64,000 nucleotides of DNA from contig CATNEN010000007.1 of assembly GCA_950097015.1 (NCBI GenBank), forward strand, positions 6,200,001-6,264,000, given 5' to 3'. The notes beneath the pieces are model-generated. The model ran no database searches. It saw nothing but the letters and a program-made list of their open reading frames with translations, and was not told the origin of the DNA. This DNA comes from Macrostomum hystrix. Its lineage: Eukaryota > Animalia > Platyhelminthes. The position numbers were made by a program, and so were the translations under genes. This document shows positions 40,273-51,701 of this stretch, piece by piece (position 1 is the first letter of the stretch; the number at the start of each line of letters is the position of its first letter).

Positions 40273-42096
40273 ATGGTCTATCACCACAAAGCTGGTAAGT
40301 TTCCACGTCACAGTTCACATTACCTCCGTCTTGGTGCACATTTACGTTGCAGTGCGTATTGTCCAACTCATAGTTCACATTACCCTTATCATAACACATT
40401 ATACTGGCATAGTGCATCCATGTCAAAACACATTTTCCGTGTCATAACACATTATCCATGTCACAGCACACATTATCTCACAGTACATTATTCATGTTAC
40501 AGCACATTATCCATGTTACAGCACATTGTCCATGTTGCAGCACATTATCCATGTTGCAGCACATTATCCATGTTGCAGCACATTATCCATGCTACAGCAC
40601 ATTATCCACATGATCCAAACTCCCACCGGCCTTCAGGCGACAGCCGCCCCGAACTTCCTGCCAGCGAGGACGCCATTGTTCTATTCGAGTCGAAATTCTG
40701 CCCATTCTGCCAGCGCGTGGCTCTGGCCCTGCGACAGCGCGGCATCCCCTATCAGTCCGTGTACATCAACCTGTCTGCCAAGCCGGAATGGTTCGCCGGA
40801 TCAATCCGGATGGCAAGGTGAGCAGCTTTACCTTGAGTTATAAAATTTGTAAATGTCAGTGATACAACTGAAAGAGTGTCAGGGATGCAACTGACAGAGT
40901 GTCAGGGATACAACTGACAGAGTGTCAGGGATGCAACTGACAGAGTGTCAGGGATACAACTGACAGAGTGTCAGGGATACAACTGACAGAGTGTCAGGGA
41001 TACAACTGACAGAGTGTCAGGGATGCAACTGACAGAGTGTCGGGGATACAACTGACAGGATGTCAGTGATACAACTGACAGGATGTCAGTGATACAACTG
41101 ACAGGATGTCAGTGATACAACTGACAGGATGTCAGTGATACAACTGCCAGGATGTCAGTGATACAACTGACAGGATGTCAGTGATACAACTGACAGGATG
41201 TCAGTGATACAACTGACAGGGTGTCAGTGATACAACTGACAGGATGTCAGTGATACAACTGACAGGATGTCAGTGATACAACTGACAGGATGTCAGTGAT
41301 ACAACTGACAGGATGTCAGTGATACAACTGACAGGATGTCAGTGATACAACTGACAGGATGTCAGTGATACAACTGACAGGATGTCAGTGATACAACTGA
41401 CAGGATGTCAGTGATACAACTGACAGGATGTCAGTGATACAACTGACAGGATGTCAGTGATACAACTGACAGGATGTCAGTGATACAACTGACAGGATGT
41501 CAGTGATACAACTGACAGGATGTCAGTGATACAACTGACAGGATGTCAGTGATACAACTGACCCCTGATCGCTGAACTGGAACCCTCAGGTGCCGGTTCT
41601 CATGATGGGCTCGCAGCGCCTGGTGGACTCCCTGATGATCTGCCGCTACGTGGACGAGCTGCCGTCCGCCTCCAACCGGCCGCAGCTGTGCACCAATTCG
41701 GACGCCGAGCGGCTGGCCCTGGCCTGGGTCGGCGAGTTCTTCCAGCCGATGCACGACCTCATGACCCGGCCAGAGGACGCGCCTGACAAGCTGGAGAAGG
41801 TCACGGCCGCGATGCGCCAGTTCAGCGAGCGGCTCAGCCCGAAGCCGTTTATCGGCGGCGCCCAGTCTGTTAGCCTGGCCGACGTCATTGCCTACCCGGC
41901 CGTTGCCATAGCAACCGGCCTGGCCAGCGTGCTGGGCTGCCCGGAGCCGGCCGCCTCCGATCCGGGACTGGCCGACTGGCTGGCCAAGATGCAGCAGATG
42001 CAGGCGGTGCCCGCCGCTGCCACCAAGCCTGCCGAGTGGGCCGCGTTCCTCACCAGCCTGCGAGCCGGCAGTCCCGACTACTCGGTGTCCGTGTGA
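40273..42096 (+). CDS. GSTO: Omega-like glutathione S-transferase, 3 exons, with an apparent 1-bp deletion frameshift in exon 2
   Basis: Exons 40273-40294, 40637-40817, 41590-42096. SKFCPFCQRVALAL...INLSAKPEWF[fs]INPDGK|VPVL...DSLMICRYVDE...PFIGG..VSLAD...WL matches the GST N- and C-domain hallmarks. The exon sum is 710 nt, one base short of a whole frame. Confidence 0.85.
40420..40608. repeat. 19-bp degenerate intronic repeat (CAGCACATTATCCATGTTG)n
   Basis: GST intron 1. Confidence 0.85.
40854..41562. repeat. 23-bp intronic minisatellite (GTCAGTGATACAACTGACAGGAT)n
   Basis: About 30 units filling GST intron 2. Confidence 0.96.
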
Positions 42097-42182
42097 GCAG
42101 CTATCAGCAGCCAGCCGATTTGGGTGATTTTTATGAGCCAGTCTTCTTTTGAAACAACTGGCAATGAAATCGGGATCGTTTC

Positions 42183-43154
42183 TGATAGCTTCTGGCCCTT
42201 CAACATCCTGATGGATGTCCGATAGCTTCTGGCCCTTCAACAACTTGATGGATGTTCGATAGCTTCTGGCCCTTCAACATCTTGATGGATGTTCGATAGC
42301 TTCTGTCCCTTCAACAACTTGATGGATGTTCGATGCTTCTGGTCCTTCGACATCTTGATGGATGTTCGATAGCTTTGAGTCCTTCAACATCTTGATAGAT
42401 GTTCGATAGCTTCTGGCCCTTCAACATCTTGATGGATGTTCGATAGCTTCTGGCCCTTCAGCACCTTGATGGATGTTCGATAGCTTCTGGCCCTTCAGCA
42501 CCTTGATGGATGTTCGATAGCTTCTGGCCCTTCAACATCTTGATGGATATTCGATAGCTTCTGGTCCTTCAACATCTTGATGGATGTTCGATAGCTTCTG
42601 GCCCTTCAACATCTTGATGGATGTTCGATAGCTTCTGGCCCTTCAACATCTTGATGGATGTTCGATAGCTTCTGGCCCTTCAACATCTTGATGGATGTTC
42701 GATAGCTTCTGGCCCTTCAACATCTTGATGGATGTTCGATAGCTTCTGGCCCTTCAACATCTTGATGGATATTCGATAGCTTCTGGTCCTTCAACATCTT
42801 GATGGATGTTCGATAGCTTCTGGCCCTTCAACATCTTGATGGATGTTCGATAGCTTTGAGTCCTTCAACATCTTGATGGATGTTCGATAGCTTCTGGTCC
42901 TTCAACATCTTGATGGATGTTCGATAGCTTCTGGCCCTTCAACATCTTGATGGATGTTCGATAGCTTCTGGTCCTTCAACAACTTGATGGATGTTCGATA
43001 GCTTCTGGCCCTTCAACAACTTGATGGATGTTCGATAGCTTCTGGCCCTTCAACAACTTGATGGATGTTCGATAGCTTTGAGTCCTTCAACATCTTGATG
43101 GATGTTCGATAGCTTTGAGTCCTTCAACATCTTGATGGATGTTCGATAGCTTCT
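42183..43154. repeat. 37-bp minisatellite (GATAGCTTCTGGCCCTTCAACATCTTGATGGATGTTC)n
   Basis: About 26 units just 3' of the GST stop codon. Confidence 0.96.
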
Positions 43155-43823
43155 AGTATGGCAAGCTGCAAGACTCTAGTTACACTATCTATTGTTGAAG
43201 TGATTCATGGATCCAACTTTAGAAATTTCCGTATTCATTAATCTGATTCTGTGGCTTTGCCTATTCATTCTATTCCGGCTTATTCCTTATAAAAAAGTTC
43301 AACTACAATCTTTAAGATTTCAAAGTGCTTTGCAATCTCCAATTATATCCTAGAGTTATTCAATTACTTATAGCCTTTTTGTCGTGTCGTGAATTTTATC
43401 CATTTTCCCTAGATATATATTTTCCAGTTGAGCAGTTGAGTCATTCTTAACCAGCTGTGCGCATCTGTTAGCTTGTTATTTTCTGCTGTGCTTGTTTACC
43501 AAGGCTTTCTGACTATTGCCGTTCTACTACTATTGAGTAGTCTGTTATGCGAATTTATATAGCTGTTTTTGACGTGCAATTTAGAATCATCCAATAATAG
43601 TAAATAGCTTCAGAAACTTACGGTTGATATATTAAAGCTTCCAATTAAATACGCGATCTTTTGTTTCTACTCAGCTGTACGTGTGTTGTGACACTACCGA
43701 TGAATTTATAACAATAGATAAATAAATTGTTGTGCAAATATTATAGCCTAGCAGATGAGAAAATAAACAGAATAACTTTCGCTTAGCAAGATCTCACTAT
43801 TATTATTACTATTACTTTTTAGC

Positions 43824-44230
43824 AGGAGTGACATTTCTCTGAGGCGATTCTATCAGGAGTGACATTTGTCTGAGGCGATTCTATCAGGAGTGACATTTGT
43901 CTGTGGGGATTCTATCAGGAGTGACATTTGTCTGTGGGGATTCTATCAGGAGTGACAATTGTCTGTGGCGATTCTATCAGGAGTGAAAATTGTCTGTGGG
44001 GATTCTATCAGGAGTGACAATTGTCTGTGGCGATTCTATCAAGAGTGACAATTGTCTGTGGCGATTCTATCAAGAGTGACATTTGTCTGTGGCGACTGTA
44101 TCAGGAGTGACATTTCTCTGTGGCGATTCTATCAGGAGTGACAATTGTCTGTGGGGATTCTATCAGGAGTGGCATTTCTCTGTGGCGATTCTATCATGAG
44201 TGACATTTCTCTGTGGGGATTCTATCAGGA
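43824..44230. repeat. 31-bp minisatellite (AGGAGTGACATTTGTCTGTGGCGATTCTATC)n
   Basis: About 13 units. Confidence 0.93.
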
Positions 44231-44775
44231 GGTACATTGCTCTTTGAGGATTGATTCTCTTGTACAATCCTAACGCAAAGCAGAAGCAGCGCTATGCCTA
44301 ACTGCGTGCATTTAACAGCTTAATATGGTATTTCTAAAACTCTATGCAGTTTTCAATATTTGATTAGCTACTACAGTTGAATTACGCTACAATGTTAAAT
44401 ATTAAAGCCACATGTGAAAGTTAGTGCATGACAGAATTTTAACACGCGGCTGACGCGACAAACTTAAAAGAAACAATAGTTTTCCATCATTCTCAATTTT
44501 TTAGGTCTAAAACAGGTGCGGTTCATTCTCTTGGCTACCTATTCTATTGTTGTCTTGGCTAACTAACTGACATATGAATTCTAATATGGCGAAATAGCAT
44601 TGACTCACTCAATCAATTACAAGTGTATTTAACACGGAAAACTAGAAGCCAACTGGATTTCTCAACTATCGAGTAACTTGTATTTGAGGCGAGAACAATT
44701 CTTGCAGTTACCGGAGTTTTGGGGAAAGTGACGGACAGAAATTTTCTATTGTGGCAATTCGAAAATAACTGAGTC

Positions 44776-44965
44776 ATGTCAAAGGTTTGTTCGGTAATGC
44801 TGACGTGGCTGGCGGCCGGGCGAGTCGGTGATGTGGGACGCCGCCACCGTCGTTTTTTCTCCTGCGACGTCGCCAAACGCGGCTTCCTCGCGCTGAGCCT
44901 CCGAGCGGGCGCCGGCCCAATTCGAATAGGCATTGCATACCGGACTGCCGGGATTTGATGAAACT
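44776..44965 (+). pseudogene. Internally deleted relic of the secreted-protein gene family
   Basis: ATG plus a signal-like start (MSKVCSVMLTWL), then GGGCGAGTCGGTGATGTGGGACGCCGCCA and TCTCCTGCGACGTCGCCAAACGCGGC...GGGCGCCGGC identical to the paralogues, then sequence matching the copy-1 3' flank (46921-46967). Confidence 0.8.
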
Positions 44966-45845
44966 TCCCGGGAAAATTTTCTGGTATTTTAAAAGTCACT
45001 GCAGGATGCTGTGACTCCAGAGATAGAGTCCAGGATGCTGTTCTACCCATAGATACTAGAAATGTAAAAAACGCTCATTTTGCTTCTGTGAAAGAGTAGC
45101 TGAACGTACCTTTTGTGAGTGACATATCTGGTTATTCTAGTTTTCGTGGCTTCTACGTGGGATTAATGATCCCCGTATTTTTTCCCATACTCTAAGGAAA
45201 AAGTCCCGAATTTCCTAATGAAATTCCTTATTCCTTATTAAGTCGCGGGATTTAATAAAATTTTCCGGTAAAAATTTCCCGAATTTTTTTAAGTTACTAT
45301 TTCTCGGGATTGATAGGGAGCGGGTCAGGAAATCGCATTCCCTGGAGTCGAGTGGGTCTCATGACAGGAAAAGCCATTGTGGGCAAATCTCGACTGGAAA
45401 GTATTGCTGATCCAATTATAATGCAAACAAGACTGCAGTTTGGAAAGACTAACCAGTAATTGTTTCATACTCAAGGCTTTAATGCCTAAATACACATGCA
45501 GGCCTGTTTGCACTAAAACTCTAAAGCGCGCCGCTCAGTCTCCTAAGCGACTCGACTGTTGACAACTGAGCCGGGGAGACACGGGTAGGCTTATAATTGG
45601 TGCCTCCTGAATTATTAAGCCTGGTGAAACTGAGACCTTTGCGCTGCCTGGTGACAGAAAAACAGAGAGCAAGCCAGTTAAAGTGAGTTCTTATGAAACT
45701 TGCTGCCAAAACTGCGCTTCGTTGATTGGATGCCAATGAAGACAAGAGAGAGAGAGAGAGATAGCTGTGCGGCTGTGAGAGAAAACCCAAACCCAATATT
45801 TGAAAAGCCAGTGAACCTACCCGAAAACTGCCCAAAAACTGCCCA

Positions 45846-46733
45846 ATGGCCAAATGCTACCTGACATTGCTGGCGTGGCTGACGCTGCTGCGGGCTGCCG
45901 CGGGCCAGTCGGCCTGCTTCACGGAGTCCCAGTTCGTCTCCACCTGCGAGCCGTGGGTTCGAGTCGACGCCGGAAGCGGCGGCATCCGCGGCTGCTTCCG
46001 GCCGGACCTGCCGCAGCCGTCGGGAGCCGCCGCGGGCGAGTCGGTGATGTGGGACGCCGCCAACGGCGTGTGCGAGAGACGCCCGACCAGCTGCGGCGAC
46101 CTCGCCGCCTGCCCCGGCTCCGGCCGCTGCCTCGTCTCCTGCGACGTCGCCAAACGCGGCTTCCTCGCGCTGAGCCTCCGAGCGGGCGCCGGCGTCAAGT
46201 CGATCGACCTCGCCGAATCGCCGAGCCTCAGCAACGGCTCCGTCCGAGGCGCGCCCGACTCGGCCAGTCTCCTGCCCGACGTGTTCCGCGCCAGCGACAT
46301 CGACCAGCTGCCCACCGTGGCGCCTCGCCTCACCTTCAAGGAGGCCGTCGTGCAGTTGTTCGCTGCCAACGCCGTTGTCATGAGCATCACTTTCGACCTC
46401 TCGCAATCGCCTCACCTTCTGAGCAGGACCAACTGGTTCTCGAGGGACCGTCTGAAGTCCAGCTGGCCCGTCACCGACCTTTCGAATCGAACCACCAACT
46501 TCTTTAGAATTTCCGGAGATAACGGAAACATTCGTCGCTGGTTTGTCAGCTTCTTCTACGGCGGCTGCCCTGGAGACCTCGCCCTCATGGTGGCTCTGGA
46601 CACCACCGACACCTGCCCCTGGGGTAAGGGCCCGGTGACGTCACCTCCAAGGTTGATCTACAGCACGCAGCCGACTATGCCTTTGGTGACGAGCGGTCAG
46701 CTGGCAGACAAGCTGGCTGTCACTCTGCGCTGA
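45846..46733 (+). CDS. Uncharacterised secreted Cys-rich protein, copy 1 (295 aa, intronless)
   Basis: Signal peptide MAKCYLTLLAWLTLLRAAAG-Q, 10 Cys in the mature chain, N-glycosylation sequons NGS and NRT, high GC3, frame conserved across three paralogues. Confidence 0.85.
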   Translation: MAKCYLTLLAWLTLLRAAAGQSACFTESQFVSTCEPWVRVDAGSGGIRGCFRPDLPQPSGAAAGESVMWDAANGVCERRPTSCGDLAACPGSGRCLVSCDVAKRGFLALSLRAGAGVKSIDLAESPSLSNGSVRGAPDSASLLPDVFRASDIDQLPTVAPRLTFKEAVVQLFAANAVVMSITFDLSQSPHLLSRTNWFSRDRLKSSWPVTDLSNRTTNFFRISGDNGNIRRWFVSFFYGGCPGDLALMVALDTTDTCPWGKGPVTSPPRLIYSTQPTMPLVTSGQLADKLAVTLR

Positions 46734-47427
46734 GTGGCATTTCCTCCGGATTCTGTGGTTCTTCAGAATTCACCAATCTCTAGCTTGGAAGCTGCAGTTG
46801 GAGTCGAAACTTGTGCAACATTGTTAGCATACTATTTTCGACTTCACTAAATCACTAAAGCTCATTTTTTGCAAAAGTTATTCATTTCTACAGCTTTTTA
46901 AAAAATTAACTAAGTTCACGCCAAGTCGAATAGGCATTGTAATACCGGATTCCCGGAATTTGATGAATCTTCCCGCGATTCTGTTCCACCCGGGATTGAG
47001 GATCGAGAGATTTTGTCACATAATCCCCGGAATTGTGTCGAATTTCTCTATGAAAATAGGGGATAAATCACATCAAGAAGTAAATTGTACAAAGGTATAT
47101 AGCCTAACGACACTCGTTATTTTCCTATTGATTCAAAGCTTCCGTAAATTTGGCACATATTTAATTGTGTATAACAAAGGAGAAAGCAGAATTATGCATT
47201 AAGCATGCATGGTTGTGCCTAGTGTGACAGAGCAACTCAGTAAACCACTCAGTTATGGTGATAAACCGCATTGCAGTTGAAATTTGAGCTTGTGTTATCT
47301 TTAACTGCAATGGCCAACTTCCCCTGACTGAGATTTCGAGGAAGCGCTCATCGCGGCGGTACCGCAAGGATTGCTGCAACAGAAACAAGAAAGAAAACTT
47401 TTGGGACAAAATTTCCCGCGAGCTGAA

Positions 47428-48956
47428 GGGCTGGCTATCGTGGTGTGTAGGGCTGGCCATCGTGGTGTGTAGGGCTGACTATCATGGTGTGTAGGGCTGG
47501 CTATCATGGTGTGTAGGGCTGGCTATCGTGGTGTGTAGGGCTGGCTATCATGGTGTGTAGGGCTGGCTATCATGGTGTGTAGGGCTGGCTATCATGGTGT
47601 GTAGGGCTGGCTATCGTGGTGTGTAGGGCTGGCTATCGTGGTGTGTAGGGCTGGCTATGATCGTGGTGTGTAGGGCTGGCTATCGTGGTGTGTAGGGCTG
47701 GCTATCATGGTGTGTAGGGCTGGCTATCGTGGTGTGTAGGGCTGGCCATCGTGGTGTGTAGGGCTGGCTATGATCGTGGTGTGTAGGGCTGGCTATCGTG
47801 GTGTGTAGGGCTGGCTATCATGGTGTGTAGGGCTGGCTATCGTGGTGTGTAGGGCTGGCCATCGTGGTGTGTAGGGCTGGCTATCGTGGTGTGTAGGGCT
47901 GGCTATTGTGGTGTGTAGGGCTGGCTATCGTGGTGTGTAGGGCTGGCTATCATGGTGTGTAGGGCTGGCTATCGTGGTGTGTAGGGCTGGCTATCGTGGT
48001 GTGTAGGGCTGGCTATCATGGTGTGTAGGGCTGGCTATCGTGGTGTGTAGGGCTGGCCATCGTGGTGTGTAGGGCTGGCTATCGTGGTGTGTAGGGCTGG
48101 CTATCGTGGTGTGTAGGGCTGGCTATCATGGTGTGTAGGGCTGGCTATCATGGTGTGTAGGGCTGGCTATCGTGGTGTGTAGGGCTGGCTATCGTGGTGT
48201 GTAGGGCTGGCTATCGTGGTGTGTAGGGCTGGCTATCGTGGTGTGTAGGGCTGGCTATCGTGGTGTGTAGGGCTGGCCATCGTGGTGTGTAGGGCTGGCT
48301 ATGATCGTGGTGTGTAGGGCTGGCTATCATGGTGTGTAGGGCTGGCTATCATGGTGTGTAGGGCTGGCTATCGTGGTGTGTAGGGCTGGCCATCGTGGTG
48401 TGTAGGGCTGGCTATGATCGTGGTGTGTAGGGCTGGCTATCGTGGTGTGTAGGGCTGGCTATCGTGGTGTGTAGGGCTGGCTATCATGGTGTGTAGGGCT
48501 GGCTATCATGGTGTGTAGGGCTGGCTATCGTGGTGTGTAGGGCTGGCTATCGTGGTGTGTAGGGCTGGCTATCGTGGTGTGTAGGGCTGGCTATCGTGGT
48601 GTGTAGGGCTGGCTATCGTGGTGTGTAGGGCTGGCCATCGTGGTGTGTAGGGCTGGCTATGATCGTGGTGTGTAGGGCTGGCTATCATGGTGTGTAGGGC
48701 TGGCTATCATGGTGTGTAGGGCTGGCTATCGTGGTGTGTAGGGCTGGCCATCGTGGTGTGTAGGGCTGGCTATGATCGTGGTGTGTAGGGCTGGCTATCG
48801 TGGTGTGTAGGGCTGGCTATCATGGTGTGTAGGGCTGGCTTTCGTGGTGTGTAGGGCTGGCTATCATGGTGTGTAGGGCTGGCTATCATGGTGTGTAGGG
48901 CTGGCTATCATGGTGTGTAGGGCTGGCTATCATGGTGTGTAGGGCTGGCTATCGTG
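47428..48956. repeat. 22-bp minisatellite (GGGCTGGCTATCGTGGTGTGTA)n, ~1.5 kb
   Basis: About 69 units, some with a TGA insertion. Confidence 0.96.
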
Positions 48957-49251
48957 GCCTCGAAAGAGGCGAATTGGAGAAGAGGGTGAGGATGTAGCAA
49001 AAAACTGGTTTTTAAATGTTTTCTAAAACTCTCTTTAAAACATGTAATTCGTAAAGATGGAAGTTACTACTTCTGAGACCATAACTAGAATTTTTTGCGG
49101 AAATTGCTTTATTCTACGAAGAAGGACTATGATTGCCACGATAGACTAGGCAAATAATAGCACTAAAAAATTGAAAGTAGGTATTCACTGTAACGATAAC
49201 TAAGTTTTCTCGCAGCACGCTTGTCTTGTTCAGTCTAGAGACTTGTTATTA

Positions 49252-49625
49252 TCTCAAACTTCTCTCTGAATTCTCAAACTTCTCTCTGAATTCTCAAACG
49301 TCTTTCTGAATTCTCAAACTTCTCTCTGAGTTCTCAAGCTTCTCTCTGAATTCTCAAACTTCTCTCTGAATTCTGAAACTTCTCTCTGAATTCTCAAACT
49401 TCTCTCTGAATTCTCAAACTTCTCTCTGAATTCTCAAACTTCTTTCTGAATTCTCAAACTTCTCTCTGAATTCTCAAACTTCTCTCTGAATTCTCAAACT
49501 TCTCTCTGAATTCTCAAACTTCTCTCTGAATTCTCAAACTTCTCTCTGAATTCTCAAACTTCTCTCTGAATTCTCAAACTTCTCTCTGAATTCTCAAACT
49601 TCTCTCTGAATTCTCAAACTTCTCT
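49252..49625. repeat. 20-bp minisatellite (TTCTCAAACTTCTCTCTGAA)n
   Basis: About 19 units. Confidence 0.95.
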
Positions 49626-51701
49626 GTGACAACGCTCTGGCTGGGGCGGCGCACATAAAAGACAGCTGGGGGGCAAGAGCACCGATTTGGACGGGGTGGG
49701 GCTAAGCCACGCAGGGCTGGGGGGTGGGGCCATACTCACGGGTTAGAGGGGCAAGAGAGCAAGATAATGGGGAGGCTAGCCAATCAGAGGCCTCCGTGGC
49801 GATAGACTTGATTGGACTAGCCCCCACAGCGAAATCAACCAGCGGGGGGCAGCCAATGGGCGAGCGACAACAAGATCGAGGAGGGTGGGCTAAAGCGGGG
49901 CCGGGCAGAACCGGATCGCCCAGATGGCTGGGGTGAAAGGGTTTGAGAATGCTGGGGTCGGTGCAAGGGCATTGTTAGTCGCAGCTCACAACACGTAGCA
50001 TCAGGCACGTGTGCCATCGCACACAGAAGAGCGAAAAACCGGTTAGAGGAACCCGAGGCACCCAAGGACAATAATCCCATGTCAATAAGATTTTGGGTCG
50101 CAAGGGGGAGAGTGCCCTGTGCGTAGGCGAAATCCCTCAGCTTCCCAGAGTCCCACCCAGAGGGGATGCAACCGGGTGTAAGTATCTCAAAAAGTGCGCG
50201 ATAACTAAAAACGAGTTGGAGCTAGAATGGGGCCGCCATCTCACTGGATGAAGATGCAGGTTTAAATCAGAAGCACAAAACTCACGGAAGCTGGACAATT
50301 AACATCGCACTGCTCACCTGCGTAAGAAGATCCCGTGTTGCAATTAGGATAAAAATCCTTTTCTTCGTAGGGTTCAGTATCGATACTTCCCCTTGACTTC
50401 TGTTGACACGGGAGGTTTCCACGTCAAACTAGAGGAGAGGTAGGGTAGCAGGGTTAGGTGCAACACAGACAGGAGAGCTGTAAATTATTGATGGGCAAAC
50501 AGAGTTAGGGAGAACATTGGGGGATTGGCATTGTTAATCCTGGGCGCAACGTAGTGGTGTGAAACTTAGTTCAGCGAAACATAACCATGGCAGTGGTCAA
50601 AAAGGGAGGATGTCAGGTGAGGGAGCTCAGACGGCTAGTTTGCATGAGAACGGTCAAATAGAACTCCGTGGGGGCTAGGGGATTCCCAAGAGTCGAGTGG
50701 GTCTCATGACAGGAGAAGCCATTGCGGGCCAATCTCAGCTATTTAAATACTTTACTGTCTCCCGCGTTCTAAGTCTGTTGAGACTTGGTTGGGCAGAAAT
50801 AACGAATAACGAGATCAACGGATTTTCTGCCACGTTTTACCTTCTTTCTGATGTTATATTTCCCGATCAAGTTGTTAAACAATTAAGCATAGTGTTACTA
50901 GTATTTCTCTGCTGGTGGACTAAGGAGCTGATCTGAGTTGTTGTCTTATTGGTTTCTTGCAATGTCACCTGTGTCCAGCTTAACCCGAAGTTAGCGAGTC
51001 GAGAAGGGGAAGAGAGGGGGAAGCAAGCTGCATTCCTCTGATCGTACTTTTATGCAGCATAGTCTTAAGCTGTCATTGGTTTTCGCGTTTGCGGCAAATG
51101 GTGTATCGCAAAGTGCGTCGCATGGTAAGTATGCTAGGCGCAAGTGGATTAGATGAAAAAGTGCAAAATGCGTTTGAGTCGAAAGGTCTCCGAGCTCAAT
51201 CAGAAAGAAAAAGTTGTTTTAGTAGGAACAAGTTTTAGTTTGCTGGTTTTGTAATAAAAATATTTTTTTAAGAAAAATATAACGTAATATAACGACACCG
51301 AATACAAAACAATGTTTTGGAACTGAATAAAAAAGTGCTTGAAGCGTGACGCGATGAGAAATGTGCGTTAAGCATGTTTGGTTGTTAAGCGGAAAAAGAA
51401 CAAATCAAACTTTAATTACAATAAAATATAATCCTGCCAGAGAGACTAAGGTAGACTATGAGTGGAGCCCCGTGAATTATTGTGCCCTTTATTGAAACTG
51501 AGGCCTCACTGACGCCTGGAAACAGAGAAGCAGAGAACAAGCCAGTTGAAGTGAGCCCATTAAAAAATTGCTAGAAAAATTGCTACGCTAATTGGATGCC
51601 AACGAATATAAGAGTGAGAGATAGCTGTGCGGCTGTGAGAGAAAACCCAAACCCAATATTTGAAAAGTGAACCTGCCCAAAAACTGCCCAAAAACTGCTC
51701 A

